A DNA stretch of 64,000 nt from positions 1 to 64,000 of the forward strand of contig JAUCBJ010003239.1 in NCBI GenBank assembly GCA_032718475.1, read 5' to 3'. The notes beneath the pieces are model-generated. The model saw only the letters and a list, made by a program, of their open reading frames with translations, ran no database searches and was not told where the DNA came from. This document shows, one piece after another, positions 23,643-36,300 of this stretch. The position numbers were made by a program, and so were the translations under genes. The DNA is from Nemertoderma westbladi (taxonomy: Eukaryota; Animalia; Xenacoelomorpha). Position 1 is the stretch's first letter. Every line of letters begins with the position of its first letter.

Positions 23643-26250
23643 AGTAGTAGTATCGGCATGCTGAATTTCAGCTGCATTTTTAAGAATGCTGTGCCGGCTT
23701 GTCGACAAAATTGCGCCGCCACAACTCCCTATCACCCATGACATTTGCTAGATCATCCGCATCTTCAAGGCCAGTGTCCTTTAAGATGCGTCTCAAGAAA
23801 GTCATGGGCTGTCCACCATGCTTATTCACTCCATGAGGCTGCCAAAGTACCAGATTATGCACTGGCTGGTCCTCACGGCGAAAGCAATGTCCTGCAAAGC
23901 GGAGGCGATTTTGTTCTAGTGTCAAGCTTGGGGGAATCAATAAGACACCTCCAATGTTATATAGTGTCTCGTTGGAGATGTGTGCATTGTACTTGACACA
24001 ATGAACCCGGCGTAGCATTCTTGTGAATGTGCCATCCAGAGATTTGGTGTCCTCAGCAGTTAGAGCCCAGCATGGACTCCCATAGAGGAGTACTGGAACT
24101 ACTGGAAGTACTAAATAATCGGACCTTAGGTTTCCGATTAATTCTCGGTGACTTCAAAATCCTGGAAAGCCTATTCAAGGCTGCCCATGCCTTTCCCTTA
24201 CGTATTCGAAGGTCCTCACCTGACTTCCGGATCCATGATCCCAGGTAACAGAAGTCGTCCACATGCTCAAGCATACCATCCTTTGAGCTTATGCTCATCC
24301 GACCAGAGACTTGCTGAGAACTTTCAAAGTTAACTGTCAAAATTTTGGTCTTTCTGGAGTTAATAATAATACCAACACTAGAAGCAGCATGTTCTAATGA
24401 GCTGAGGAGCCGTTGGACTCCCTCTAGTGATTCTGAGAGTACTCCTAAGTCACCAGCAAAGTCTAGATCAATTAGGTACTTGGCAGGATTTCCTCGACTT
24501 CTGGAGCCAGTAGGTGGAGTTATCATCACCCCATCATCATTATGATGATCTAAGGACATGCGTAGAACATAGTCAAACACAATTATGAACAAGAATTGTG
24601 CAAGTGTGTCTCCCTGGAGGACGCCCCATAACACTTCAAATGGTTCTGTGTCACCATCAACAGTAGACACAAATGTTGTCGAACCATCGTATACTGATCT
24701 GATTGCTGCAATAATTTCATCAGGAATCCCATATAATGAAAGTATGCTGAACATACGTGAGCGGGAGACTGAATCAAAGGCCTTGAAGAAGTCAACAAAG
24801 ATTACAGCCAGATGCCTGTCTTTCCTTTTTGATAACTCTTCAATTATCCTTCTCAGTGCCAAAATGGGTTCCATGGTCCCACGACCTTTACGGAACCCAT
24901 TCTGATTTCCACGGAGCAGTCTCTCAATGGGATCCCTGATGCGATTTAATATAATTCTATTGTATAGCTTTGCAGCAATCGAGATCAATGAGATTCCCCG
25001 AAAAGAACCATAGAGTGTTAGGTTGCCCTTCTTGGGAACTGGCACCAACTTATTTGTTTTCATTTCTTGTGGGACTCTTGTTGTTCGGTACATGTCTACT
25101 ATGATGGGATAGATGAGCTTTAAACACTCAGGTATTTTAAAGACCTCAGGGGGAACACCATCTACTCCACTGGCACGATTGGTCTTAATGCTCTTTGCAG
25201 CAGCCTTCACTTCTGCAAAGGAGATATCGCCAATGGGAATATCTGGGAGTACAGACTCAGACACTTTTACTTCTATAAAGTTATCAGGCAATACCCTGTC
25301 ATTATTGAGGAGCTTTTCAAAGTGGGCCTTCCAACCATTGAGGCGATCGGCTGGTGATTCAGCCTAACCTTGGTGGTTGGTTGACTTTTCCGCCCAGTAA
25401 GCAAATTGATCGATTTCCATGCCTGGGATGCAACCTTGGTGGTTGGTTGACTTTTCCGCCCAGTAAGCAAATTGATCGATTTCCATGCCTGGGATGCATG
25501 CCTGTTGTCGTCGTCATCATTGATGGCATCAACATGTTGGTTTATTAGGTCCTGTAGATTATCAGAGTACTGCCTGTTCAGGGACTTAGATGCAGCCTTA
25601 ACTGCATTCTTGGCTGCTGTAGTCCGTTTGAGTCGGGACTCTTTTTGCGCCTTATATAGGTCATTTCGGCAATTCTGGATTTTGTTGTCAGTCCAGGGGG
25701 CCCTTTTCCTGTTTCGAGGGTATACAGGAACTGTTTCTGCAGCTGCTAACTTAACTGCTTCTGTGAAGGCAGTATAACCCTCACAGTGATCTGCCGCCTC
25801 AGAGGCAAGAACCTCATGCCTGTTGCTCAGCTGTAGTGTGAAGCTGGATCTCACACTTGCACACCCACTGTTGCAACAGAGAGGACCAGTCATGCCGCGG
25901 CAAGGCAGGTTTCGTTGTTCTGCTAGCACGCAGACTAAGTCTTACCTTGGCCACAATAAGGCGGTGATCACTGGAGAAGGGTCGAAGTGTAAATGCATTA
26001 CAGTCTTGTATAGAGCTCCTGTATTTCCTACGAAACAGAATATGGTCTATCTGGGACTTGTGACCACTGGGTCCACTATGAGTCCATAGCTTTCCAGTTC
26101 GCTTCTTGAACTGGGTTCCAGCCGAAAACAATCCATTTACAGAGATAAAATCCTTAAGATGGACGGAATTTCGGTTGACACTACTGCTATAGACCCAGGG
26201 CGATGTAGGTGATTGATGCAGACTTGCATTAAAGTCTCCCAGGAGTTTTC
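23643..26250 (-). mobile_element. 5'-truncated, decayed RTE-like LINE (APE endonuclease C-terminus + reverse transcriptase)
   Basis: GDFNA, IDHIL and SDHRL endonuclease motifs (25814-26254); RT motifs QNGFRKGR, FVDFFKAFDSV, GVLQGDTL; catalytic box mutated to FAGD; frameshifts; 69-bp internal duplication ~25366-25500; (TAC)n tail. Confidence 0.9.
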
Positions 26251-26936
26251 CCAAGTTTTCGCCCTACGTGGCTACTTCAGATCTGTTATATTAATCAAAT
26301 ATAAAGTACAGTATATAGGTATGTCAATTCAAAATTCCCGCCACCTAAATTAAGTAAATTAATAATGGAATTATATTGCCCTAAGTAAGTCCTGTAATAA
26401 TATATAAACGAAGAGTTCAATTAGTATCTCTAATTAAATCCTGCACTATTAATATAAGCCAAAAACGCACAATAACGAATCCAACGCAAAGTATCGAAAC
26501 AATTCAAAAATTCCCGTCACATAGAATAGCCCTAAGTAACTCCTGTGGTAAAGTTTCGGATTATACAACGTATTGTGAGTTCCAAGCCCAATAAACCCAA
26601 GTCGTATGTAAAAAAATTGATTTTGAATTTATATTTAAATTTTGAATTAGATTTTTGTCCAAGCTTACATGACGTAAAATAATAAAAGGCGCTTATCGAA
26701 ATTGGTAGTAAAACTTCTGTATACTATCTCTAAGTAAATCCCGTACTATAATTATAAAACAAAACGTCCTCTAACGACTTAGTATAACGCGTAGTAACCA
26801 CCCCAATAAAGTAATAATGGAAAATAACATAGCTCTACATAACTCCTGTGGTATCTACTACATATATATTCTACCTATATATATATACTATATATACTTT
26901 ATATATATATATATATATAGTATATATACCTAGATT

Positions 26937-27535
26937 TGTTTCCCCGAGTAGAATCGTTCGATCGAGTTTGCAAAAGTCGGGGAATTGTTCCTGGAATCCC
27001 CTCAGTGGTTACGCGGTATATGGGTTTGACCGAAAACCCACCCGTAAGGCTCGTCCCATAATTTACGTTCAAAATGAAAGTTTATCTTCTTCTTCCTTTT
27101 TAGTTATTTCAGTTAATAATATGTAATAATAATTCACCGGTAAATAATATATTTGAATTATGGAAAAACCAAACAGGATGCTAATCGGTTTTCTGCCAAA
27201 GGGCCCCATTACAAATCATTGCATCCTCTCGGGGATTCTGTGCTAATTAATTTTCATCATGAATAATATATTGTTCCTATATAAAACAAGATTGGATTTT
27301 CCTATCTATCTATATTGCATCCTGATTGGTTAACCAAACTTTTCTAGCAATAAGGCACTCCCTACCGTGTCAACCAGGAAGCTATTTTTATTGGCTTGTT
27401 TCTTACGGCGGGCAAGGGCGTCGAACAAAGTCTTACCTTTCTCACAAAGCGGGCGCTGCATGGCAAGTGGAGTATTTCGAAGGGCAAAGGGGGTGCGCGG
27501 TCAAATCCAATGTGGGCGCTAGCGTGTTGTGGACA
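26937..27535 (-). repeat. Putative 3' LTR of element A
   Basis: Minus strand: polypurine AGGGGAAAGA directly followed by TGT..., ending ...AAACA; contains CCAAT and TATA-like motifs. No partner LTR in the window, so the left boundary is uncertain. Confidence 0.5.
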
Positions 27536-27764
27536 TCTTTCCCCTGCATTGCTGACGGCCTAACGGTCTAGGCTGCCATCTTCCCGATGTTTGGCTGTCC
27601 CAAAGTTGGACCAAAAGAAAACATGTTCAGGAATTTGCAGTATATTTACAGTTTAGCAAAGGATTTATCAAACAGATTAAACAAAGTTTCAACAAGAAAC
27701 CAAAATAAACTAAATAACAACGATATAAGGTATTAGGTATTAGAGGTGATAACCGAAGGCAAAC

Positions 27765-27990
27765 CGGCCTTTTATACTAAAAATCGCACATGGAAACCAA
27801 ACAGAATTTTCCACAGCTTCACATTTGAGCAATAAAGTGCTTTATGCCCTATGATTGGCCCAGCTCATCGTTCAACGCAATCCGGCCCTTACACTAATCT
27901 GGGACATGGAATCCTAACAGAATTTTCCATAGCCTCACATTTGAGCAATAAGATATTTTATGCCCCATGATTGGCCTGGCTCATCGTTCG
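27765..27990. repeat. ~117-bp tandem duplication in the 3' UTR of element A
   Basis: ccggcctt...acagaattttcca...cacatttgagcaataa...atgattggcc...gctcatcgttc occurs twice. Confidence 0.8.
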
Positions 27991-28060
27991 CTACGTTGTA
28001 CGCTTCTCATTGGTCCACCAATTTGCACCAAATGAAAATAAATGGCCCCAAAATACAAAT

Positions 28061-28133
28061 TTCCCGACCGGGATTCGAACTCGTAACCTATCTGTAATGT
28101 AACCAACGCCTTAACCATCTGACCACTACGCCA
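28061..28133 (-). ncRNA. tRNA-like sequence with Pol III A/B boxes (not a canonical tRNA)
   Basis: TAGTGGTCAGATGGTTAAGGC...GAGTTCGAATCCC followed by TTTT; anticodon and acceptor stems do not pair well. Confidence 0.5.
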
Positions 28134-28885
28134 TGAGAGTACCTAGGGGTTTTATGTGTACAAATATGAATAGGCATATTACATTACTGTAACTTAATCA
28201 AAATGCGTCGGATTTTCGAAAGTTTTTACGTTAAAGTTAAACTACAAATGCTATCTTATAGTGAAATAATTCATCACCGCTCCATGAAAACAGTAAGTAA
28301 GACTGTTTTCACCAATCGAAATATAAAATATTTACAAACTACTTCTAAATCTACTGGTAGGGCCTAAAATATAAAATATAATCACTATCTAATTATTGCA
28401 TACTTAATATTGCAGATACGGCGTAAATACAATCGATCGTACATACAAATACAAATTTACTAATTAACTTTAGTGCCTAAAATACAAAAAGGCTTTCGGT
28501 TATCAAGGTAAGCAAATTAACAAATTAGATCAAGACAAATTAGAATAAATCAAACAAATAATTTCAAATCTCTTTCGATAAATCTTTACATATTGTAAAT
28601 ATACATAATAAACTTCCACCAAATTAAATCAGTCTAAATATAATATAAACACAATGCGCTAATAACTTTAAAATGAGTCTTAAAGGGTCCTCCTGACAAG
28701 CTTAAAAGTTCGTCCTGCTGGTCTGGATATCTTCTCCTGAGCACTAATTGCTAACGGTAGGCTCGCAAGCCTTCCTTTCCATATCTTGCTCCTCCAATCC
28801 CAACATTCAAACATAATGTCCAATATAAATATCCAAATATAATATCCAAATCGGTAGGCTCGCAAGCCTTCCTTCTTCTCGCTTC

Positions 28886-31800
28886 CTATTCCTTCGCTGA
28901 GCGGGCTCGTCCACGTCCTCTAGTGCGATTGGGGGGTGGTCGAGGTCGAACTGGGCTCGGACTTCGGCGTCGAGTCGTCGGTGGTTCCAAAACGCTAGGA
29001 AAGGGGACGACGGGAGTTTCGCACATCCGTCGTGCGCTCAATCCTCTAAATCCTCGTCCGATTCCAACTGTCGGCTTAACATCGGATCGAGTCTCTACAA
29101 CGCTAGGAGGAAGTCGAAAGGGTGGGACTGTTCCGTCCGCTGACACCTCGCTCTCTGACGTCGTTTGAATCCTAATGGGTTCAGGCAAAGCGTATCCTGT
29201 CCCTCCGCGTGGTTCTCTAGCAAGGGAAACCGTGCCCCGAGTCATCCGGATTTGCGACTTCGATGTCGTCCTCTCGGCGACATTGACTATCTTCTTTATC
29301 TCTTGTCCGGCCTTCTGGGCTTTGAGTATACGAAATTGCTGATCATCCTGTGGGTGACGCGTCTTCTCCGCTAACGGCGTGGCCTTGAAGCCAGTCTCAC
29401 GCAAAACGTCGGTCTCGTCTAGAATACACGAGGTTACGCGTTTGTGATAAAATGCGCTCCGGTATGCCCAAGCTATCGAATGCCAGGCTCCTCGATTCCG
29501 CTGTTCAACTCGCAGTTTATCGAATTCTCCGGCGGTAATCCTGTTCACCACAGTTTGAAAGTTCCAAGTATTCTTGTTGTCGGGGTGCACTTGTAAGAAA
29601 TAGTCCCGCACAACCTTGAATCCACTGTCCAATGGCAATATATCCAACACCTCCAACAATTCATCATACTGAGGCATAGCCGATACATATCCTTCCTTTG
29701 ACATTATGAGAGGGTTTACGGCCCAAAATCCCAAATGTGCTCTCATAGGGAAGCGGCGTCGCTGCGTCGATACATGCTCGTCTGCTAGATCCTCCCAATG
29801 GTCGAATAATAGTCGAACGATTTTAACTGACATGTGCTCATAGGGGACGTCTCTAAGTTGACATTCGGATGCCCTATGGCCCTTAATATTACAATAAGTA
29901 CACTGCGCCACGAAACGCCAGCAAGTGTAGAAAGTGTGCGAACGTTGATCCCGCACCAGTTGCATACTAAATCCGGTAGAGATATGTGCTTCGCTCCGCA
30001 CTTCTTTGCGTGATGGCCAGTTGCTCCGCATCTGCCACAAATAGTGTTGGCAGGATACCAAACTCGCTCATAGATGAGATCTCCGATGGGGCGAGCGCTA
30101 CCGTCCACGTGATAATTCTCATCATCCGGGTCAGTCGGTATGTTCGTCTCCATAGGTTGTACACAAACCATGGCATCGCTTTTCTCCAACTCGCGTATCT
30201 CAGTTCGCGTCTTCCTCGGAAGGTTCTCCTCTATCTCTATGAGTTGCCGTAACGGTTCGTCTATTAGCGCCAACTCGGTCGGATCCACATCGTCGTGATG
30301 GGCGGTAGGCTCGCGAGCCTTCCAGGATCCCTCCGGGCGTTCGAATTCCGCGTGGCGTTCCCCATCGTAGGGTACTAACGTTAACATCGACGGTCTGTCG
30401 ACTAGACTTCCCGCGTGAGTGAGATAGACGTCCCTGAAAACGCTAAGTCCCGCTCGCGTGAAAACTTCGCAGTGCGCATCGGTGTTATAAAAGGGTTGGA
30501 GAAATCGTCGGAATACATCAGTATGCGTCCTTCCTCCATCGTAAAAGGTATGTCCTTCGCCAAGACATAACGGGTGTCGCTTTAGGGTTCTGGATACTAC
30601 GTCCGCGATGAAACAAACGTTAACCGAAGATTCTATCGCTAAATAGTATTGCAAGATTATCCGCGGAGGTGAAGTAATCGCCCAATACACGCAACCTCGC
30701 CACTTCAACTGTGACTCGAACTCGTTTACGCCGGGGGTATCTCCCTCTCCGTATACGTCCGTGTATTTGCTCCTCTTACTCTCCTTGTAATCCCAACTGA
30801 ACATTAGATATGAGATATAACCCGTCCCAGTTTTTAGCGTGTTATACTCCCTAAAATATCCTTGCTCAATAGCCCAAAGCAACAATGGTCTAGTATCCAC
30901 GTATGGCGTAGGCAATCGGTCCTCTTCCGTGGGCATCCCTGCAAAGTCGCTAATGAGGTCATCCCGTACACCGGATCCGATCTTGACGATGCTCTTATCC
31001 AACACAACGTCTCGCACGGCCTTTGGCAACATCCTAGCTTCTATGCTACAAGCCAGGTCCATGGATTTAACTATCCGTTTTATCATCGCGTGTCTTTGCG
31101 TCGTTCCTTCCGGCATAGGCATCTTCCTATCACTCCTCTGTCGGCTGAAGACATGTAACACGCCATCTGGTGCTCTAATCTGTATAGTCTTTGAAGTGAG
31201 GCTTTGCTGATGGCTTCCTCCTTCATTATCGTAAAACATATAACCATTCTCTTTTAGAGATCGGCTAGTCACGTCCCAATCGTCGAGTAAATCGTCGGTA
31301 GGGTTCCAAATTCTCCCAATCGACTTTTCATCATCGAAACTAATAGGTTTACCGGTCCAATTGGTCGCGATATCGGTGTCGGTCTCAAACGTTCCAACTC
31401 CGATCCATAATCGAATCGTCTTCGTCAGATATCCTCGCAAGATACAAGGTGCGATATCCGTCCCCGCGCGATCCACTTCCTTAAAGTCCGTAATATGTGG
31501 AGGCACGTTGCGTACGATTTTTTGAACTATTACTTTACGCAACTCGGTTGACTCTAACACATCACCGAAGGTAACCGATGGGAGGAAATCCAGGTTCGAG
31601 ATGATCTCCGGGTGTTCAACTATAGGGATCTCGTAAGTTGTCTCCTTCCGGGTCGGTATACTAATAGGAAAACTAGTTGGTCTCGCAACCGGTACTATCG
31701 CTCCAGTAGAATGGGGCTGAGGTTCTCGCGTCATCTCGACATGAGGTATCTGTAGTCTCTGCGACAAACGCTGAGCAAAGGTGATACTATCGAAGAGCTC

Positions 31801-32640
31801 GGGTGTCATCTCCTTGGGTTCGGTTTGATCGTGGGATATCCAATAGAATGGTAGGCTCGCGAGCCTTCCGCCGAACTCCTCGATCTCGCCTTTCTCGTAC
31901 GCCTTGTACGCCCTGTAGAGGCTCAAAGCTTCCCGTTTCTCTTGTGTCGACTTATTAGACTCGTCCACTACCATGCTGTAGACGTCTGGTTCGACTAATT
32001 TGGGTTCGTAAATAACGATCTCACCCGCGTTCGGTCCACTCATTTTAAACGAATGATACGGATTTGTCAAAGGGTATCCGCCTTCTTGGTAACGTAGACT
32101 TTGGTGGTGTGAACATCGCGCTAATATCGGCTCGGGGTTCTCCGAGTTCAACCGCATAGGAATCGCGTTGTCTTGCTCGCGCATACACGCTCCACATTTA
32201 TAAAACAGTTTGTATATGGAGAACGCGTCCTTGGTCTCTGGATCCGCTCCTGGAGCGCGTCTATAAAGATGCATTCCTTCAAATTTGTCTCTAGCTGCAG
32301 GTAAGGGTTCGTTTACCGTCAAATATTGCAGCGTATGATACAATCGGCGTATTTTGGTGTCTGGATCCTCGCAAATGTCGCTAGCGTCGCATAACGCATC
32401 GTAGGGATATAACGCATTGAACTCCGCGCGTAATTCCTCCGTTCTTTTGTTGTATGCGTCCAACCGCTGTCGCGTAACATTCGGGTCCGCCTTGGATTTA
32501 GCGAGCTTGGCCGTACTCCTAGCCATACTCTCCACTCCAAACACACTAAAGTTTTTAGCTCCATAACGATTGAATGGCGCCTGGTGCTCTTGTTCTTGCG
32601 TAAACCCTTGACGTAACTCTTTATACATCTTCTCCGCCAT
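28886..32640 (-). CDS. Accessory ORF3 (~1251 aa if one G is restored at ~29951): DEDDy 3'-5' exonuclease-like domain + 3 CCHC zinc knuckles + R/S/G-rich tail
   Basis: ORFs 29785-32640 and 28886-30061 join within knuckle 2 (CNWCG|DQRSHTFYTC). Exonuclease motifs FYDNEG, TIQI, LPKAVRDVVLDKSIVKIGSGVRDD, YVDT, YLAIE; knuckles CGRCGATGHHAKKC and CTYCNIKGHRASEC. Confidence 0.75.
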
Positions 32641-33374
32641 CGTATACGAATATATATGTGGTTACATATCGTTACGTTTCTACTAGATGAAGCACAAAAT
32701 AGAGGTTAGATGTGAGGTGACTTAGAGTTTGTCGGCTTTTGGCTCAACTCTGCTCTAAACCCCAACCCATTTGCCTAATGATTTCGGGTTTGCGTGATTT
32801 CGCACTGGCTCCTAATCCAAAAAATGTGCCGATAAAAAACGAATTCCGGGTAAACTAGCTGCGAGTCTAAAATACTCACCTTTTAATTTCCCATGCTACA
32901 TTTCCCAAGAAAAATAGTGCAGTCGAGAATTAATTGGTCTAAATAATAGTAGACACGACTACGTAGAACAAGGCCGGTTTTCTTTTCCAAAAAAAATTTA
33001 TCGGTAGGCTCGCAAGCCTTCCATCCGCTCTTGTCCTCCCCAATTTTAATTTTTATCTAGCTGTATTCTAGAATTTGCTTTCACTGGAGAATCGTTTTTC
33101 TTAAATTTAAATCCACATAAATGGATTTGTCTAATAATTTTTGAAAAATGTCTCACTTGTGGGTTCCAAGTGGAATTCCATTCCTACTGTACACACAATC
33201 CCGCTCCTATGTGATACATAAGGGTACTACCCTCCATGTTCACGTATAAAGACAATGGAATTCCACCGCTGTCTCTATCTACAGTGAAGAGGATTACAAA
33301 TGCACGTACAGTAATACAAATACAAATAACTAAAATACAGTAGGTCTATGTGGCGGCCAATCAAGGTCCCACAT

Positions 33375-36300
33375 CTATTTACTAGTATTGGGTGGAGATT
33401 TGTAGTCTCCTGTCTCGTTTCTAGTCTCCTCAAGGAGCACGAGACGTTGTACAGGCCTATCTACGGTACGTCCGTCGATAGTCCTTACAGTAACTGTCCT
33501 CACTACACCAGATGTAGGGTGCGTGGTCAAAATGACTCCAGTCAGCCAAAACCGTCTTTTCAGATTAGCTTCAGCCAATAAAACATGGTCACCACGTCTT
33601 AAACATCGGGTATTTAGATACCAAGAGGTTCTGGTTGAAATAGAGGGCAAATAATATTTCTACCATATTTCCCAGAATTTATTTGCAAGCAATTGAGTGA
33701 TTTTCCAAGCCTTGTTGCCGTATCCGTCACTATCAACGGGTACCGAAATGGGCAACAATGTCGTCGGCGCCTGCATAAGCAGGTGCGCTGGTGTCAAGGC
33801 AAACTGTACGTCGTTATTGTCTGGGATCAAAGCGATCGGTCTAGTGTTTAAGATTGCTTCGATTTCTATTAGTAACGTCGTCAGTTGGTCGTCTGTCAAT
33901 ATGTGTTGCGTCGGTACTACTTTAGCCATAGCTGTTTTAATTGAGCCAATCAGCCTTTCCCAAACGCCGCCTCTCCACGGACTGTCTGGAGTATTGAAAT
34001 ACCAAACAATTCGGTGAGGACGTAGTTCCTCGGAAATCTGGTTTTGGTCCAACTTTCTCAAAGCTCTGTTTATTTCGTTCCGTGCACCCACAAAGTTTGT
34101 CCCTTGGTCGCAGTAAATGGATTTGACCAATCCACGTCTAGCGATAAATCGCCGTAAGGCTAGGATAAAGGCATTGGTGGTCAAATCTGTCACTCGCTCT
34201 ATATGGACAGCTCTGCTGGCCATGCAAGTGAAGATCAATCCCCAACGTTTTACCTGTACCCTTCCGCGTTTCGCGATTATGGGTCCAAAACAGTCTATCC
34301 CTGTCTCAGTGAAAGGGGGTCTAAACGCCTGTAATCTAGCTAGTGGTAGTTCACTCATTTCTTGGTGTCCTATCCTCGCGTGCACCTTCTTACAAATAAT
34401 ACAGTTCCGTGTTACCGAACTCAGTGCCTTACTAGGTCTAATCAGTACAAACCTCGAGCGTAAGTGTGATAGACAGTGGTGTCTACCTACGTGTTTGAGT
34501 TGTACATGTGCGTCCAGTATCATAGCGCGCTGTAATTCATGGTGTTGCGCTATGATGATAGGATACCTAAAGTCAAGTGCAAAGTCGATGTTTTGGAGTC
34601 TGGACTTGTGACAAAGTAAGCCCCGGTAAATAATCGGACTCCAACTCAAAATCGGTGAAGACTTAATCTGTTTACCTTGTTTGATCGCTGTGAACTCTCG
34701 TGCGAAATATCGCAATTGATAATGTCTAATGATATCAACTTCACAGTGGCCAACTTCCTTTAAGGTAAGTCTTCTAGGAAAGTCGCGTTTGCCTCTGGCA
34801 TATTGTCTCAAACGTTTGAGCCATGCTAACTTGCGGCATGCGTCAGTCCATGATCTAGTTAGGTCCACTATCCGGTCAACGTAAGTGTTGGTGACGTCAT
34901 CAGGTAAGGTATAGTCGTAGTGTGGATACTTGTCTGGACTTGGTAGGCCCACGGGCCATCAAGTCCCCAAGTACGTCAATCTCTACGGTCTTACCTTTAC
35001 CGTCCGCACCTAATGTGTCGACTGGCAGTAAAGGTTTCAACTCTACAGTATCAGTGTGTTCCTGTGAGCCTGTAAGCTTCCTAACCTTAGTCACACGTTT
35101 ACCTGTAGGTAAGTCAAGTACCTTCTTCGAGCGGAGTGTAATCCCTGTGGCCACACCTTTGTCGTCCAAAGAAGTCAAATTCGGTAAGTCTCTAAATGTC
35201 CGCTCCAATGGGTCTTCTAATGGAGTGTCTAGTAGATAGTCTGGTGAAGCGTCTGGTGAACAGTCTGGCGAGACGTCTGGTGAGACATAGCGCGGAACTC
35301 CCAGCGAAATGTCTTGTCGTCGGTCCCAAAGTCTGTCTAGCGTAACTTCCGTCAGAAAGTCTGGTTCAAAGTCTGGTGGACAGTCTGTCGAGATGTCTGG
35401 TGGAAAGTCTGGTGAGACGTCCGGTAGACATTCCGTCGAGAGTTCCATCAAACAGTCTGGCGAACAATCCGGAGAACAATCTGGTGTCGCTTCTGGTGAA
35501 TAATCTGGCGAGTAATCTGGTGAACAATCCGGCGAAACGTCTGGTGAAATCTCCCGCGGAACATTCGGCGAAGGATTCGTACAAGCGTCTGGTCGAATGT
35601 CTGGTGAGACGTCTGGCGTAATGTCAGGTCTGGCGTCCAGGTCATCAGATTTCGTCCGTCCTTTTTTCCTCTTGACCTTGGCGTTGGCTTTCGCTTTAGA
35701 CTTGACAACCTTGTCGATTTTTATCTCGGCACCCTCTGGTATGGTGTTGGTTGTTGCGTCGAATAACGGTGGCCATTCGTCTGATGGTCGCTGTAGGAAA
35801 TCGGGTCCTCTAAACCAAAAGGATTTATTGTCCGGTTTACAAAAGTCAAGCGGTTGCATCCCCCGTGACGCGATGTCAGCTGGGTTCAGCTTCCCTGGAC
35901 AGTGACGCCAATCTTGTTTGAGCGACCGGTCTAATATTTCAGCCCGTCTGTTGGCTACGAAAGTCTTGAACTCAAATGCTTCGTTGTTTATGTACCAAAG
36001 TACCAACGTCGCATCCGTCCAATATGTGACCTTCAAGTTAGCCTCCAGCTCACGTTGAACTAGACTGACAATATCGGTGGATATCGTCCCGGCTTGCAGC
36101 TCCCCACGAGGTACAGTCATATACTTCAATGGCATTGTTCTAGCTCTTGAAGTAACGAGAGACCCATCGTAGCTGTCCGATGTCACTTGTCGTCTAAGGT
36201 ATAAAGTAACCCCCAATCCATCCTTGCTAGCGTCACTAAAGCTGTGAAGCTTTAAATCGGCAGGAAAGGTGGTTTGCAAAGGAAAGTATACCCTCGGTAT

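Noticed and set aside
28061-28133. Functional tRNA gene
   Set aside because: Acceptor and anticodon stems do not pair; kept only as a tRNA-like Pol III unit
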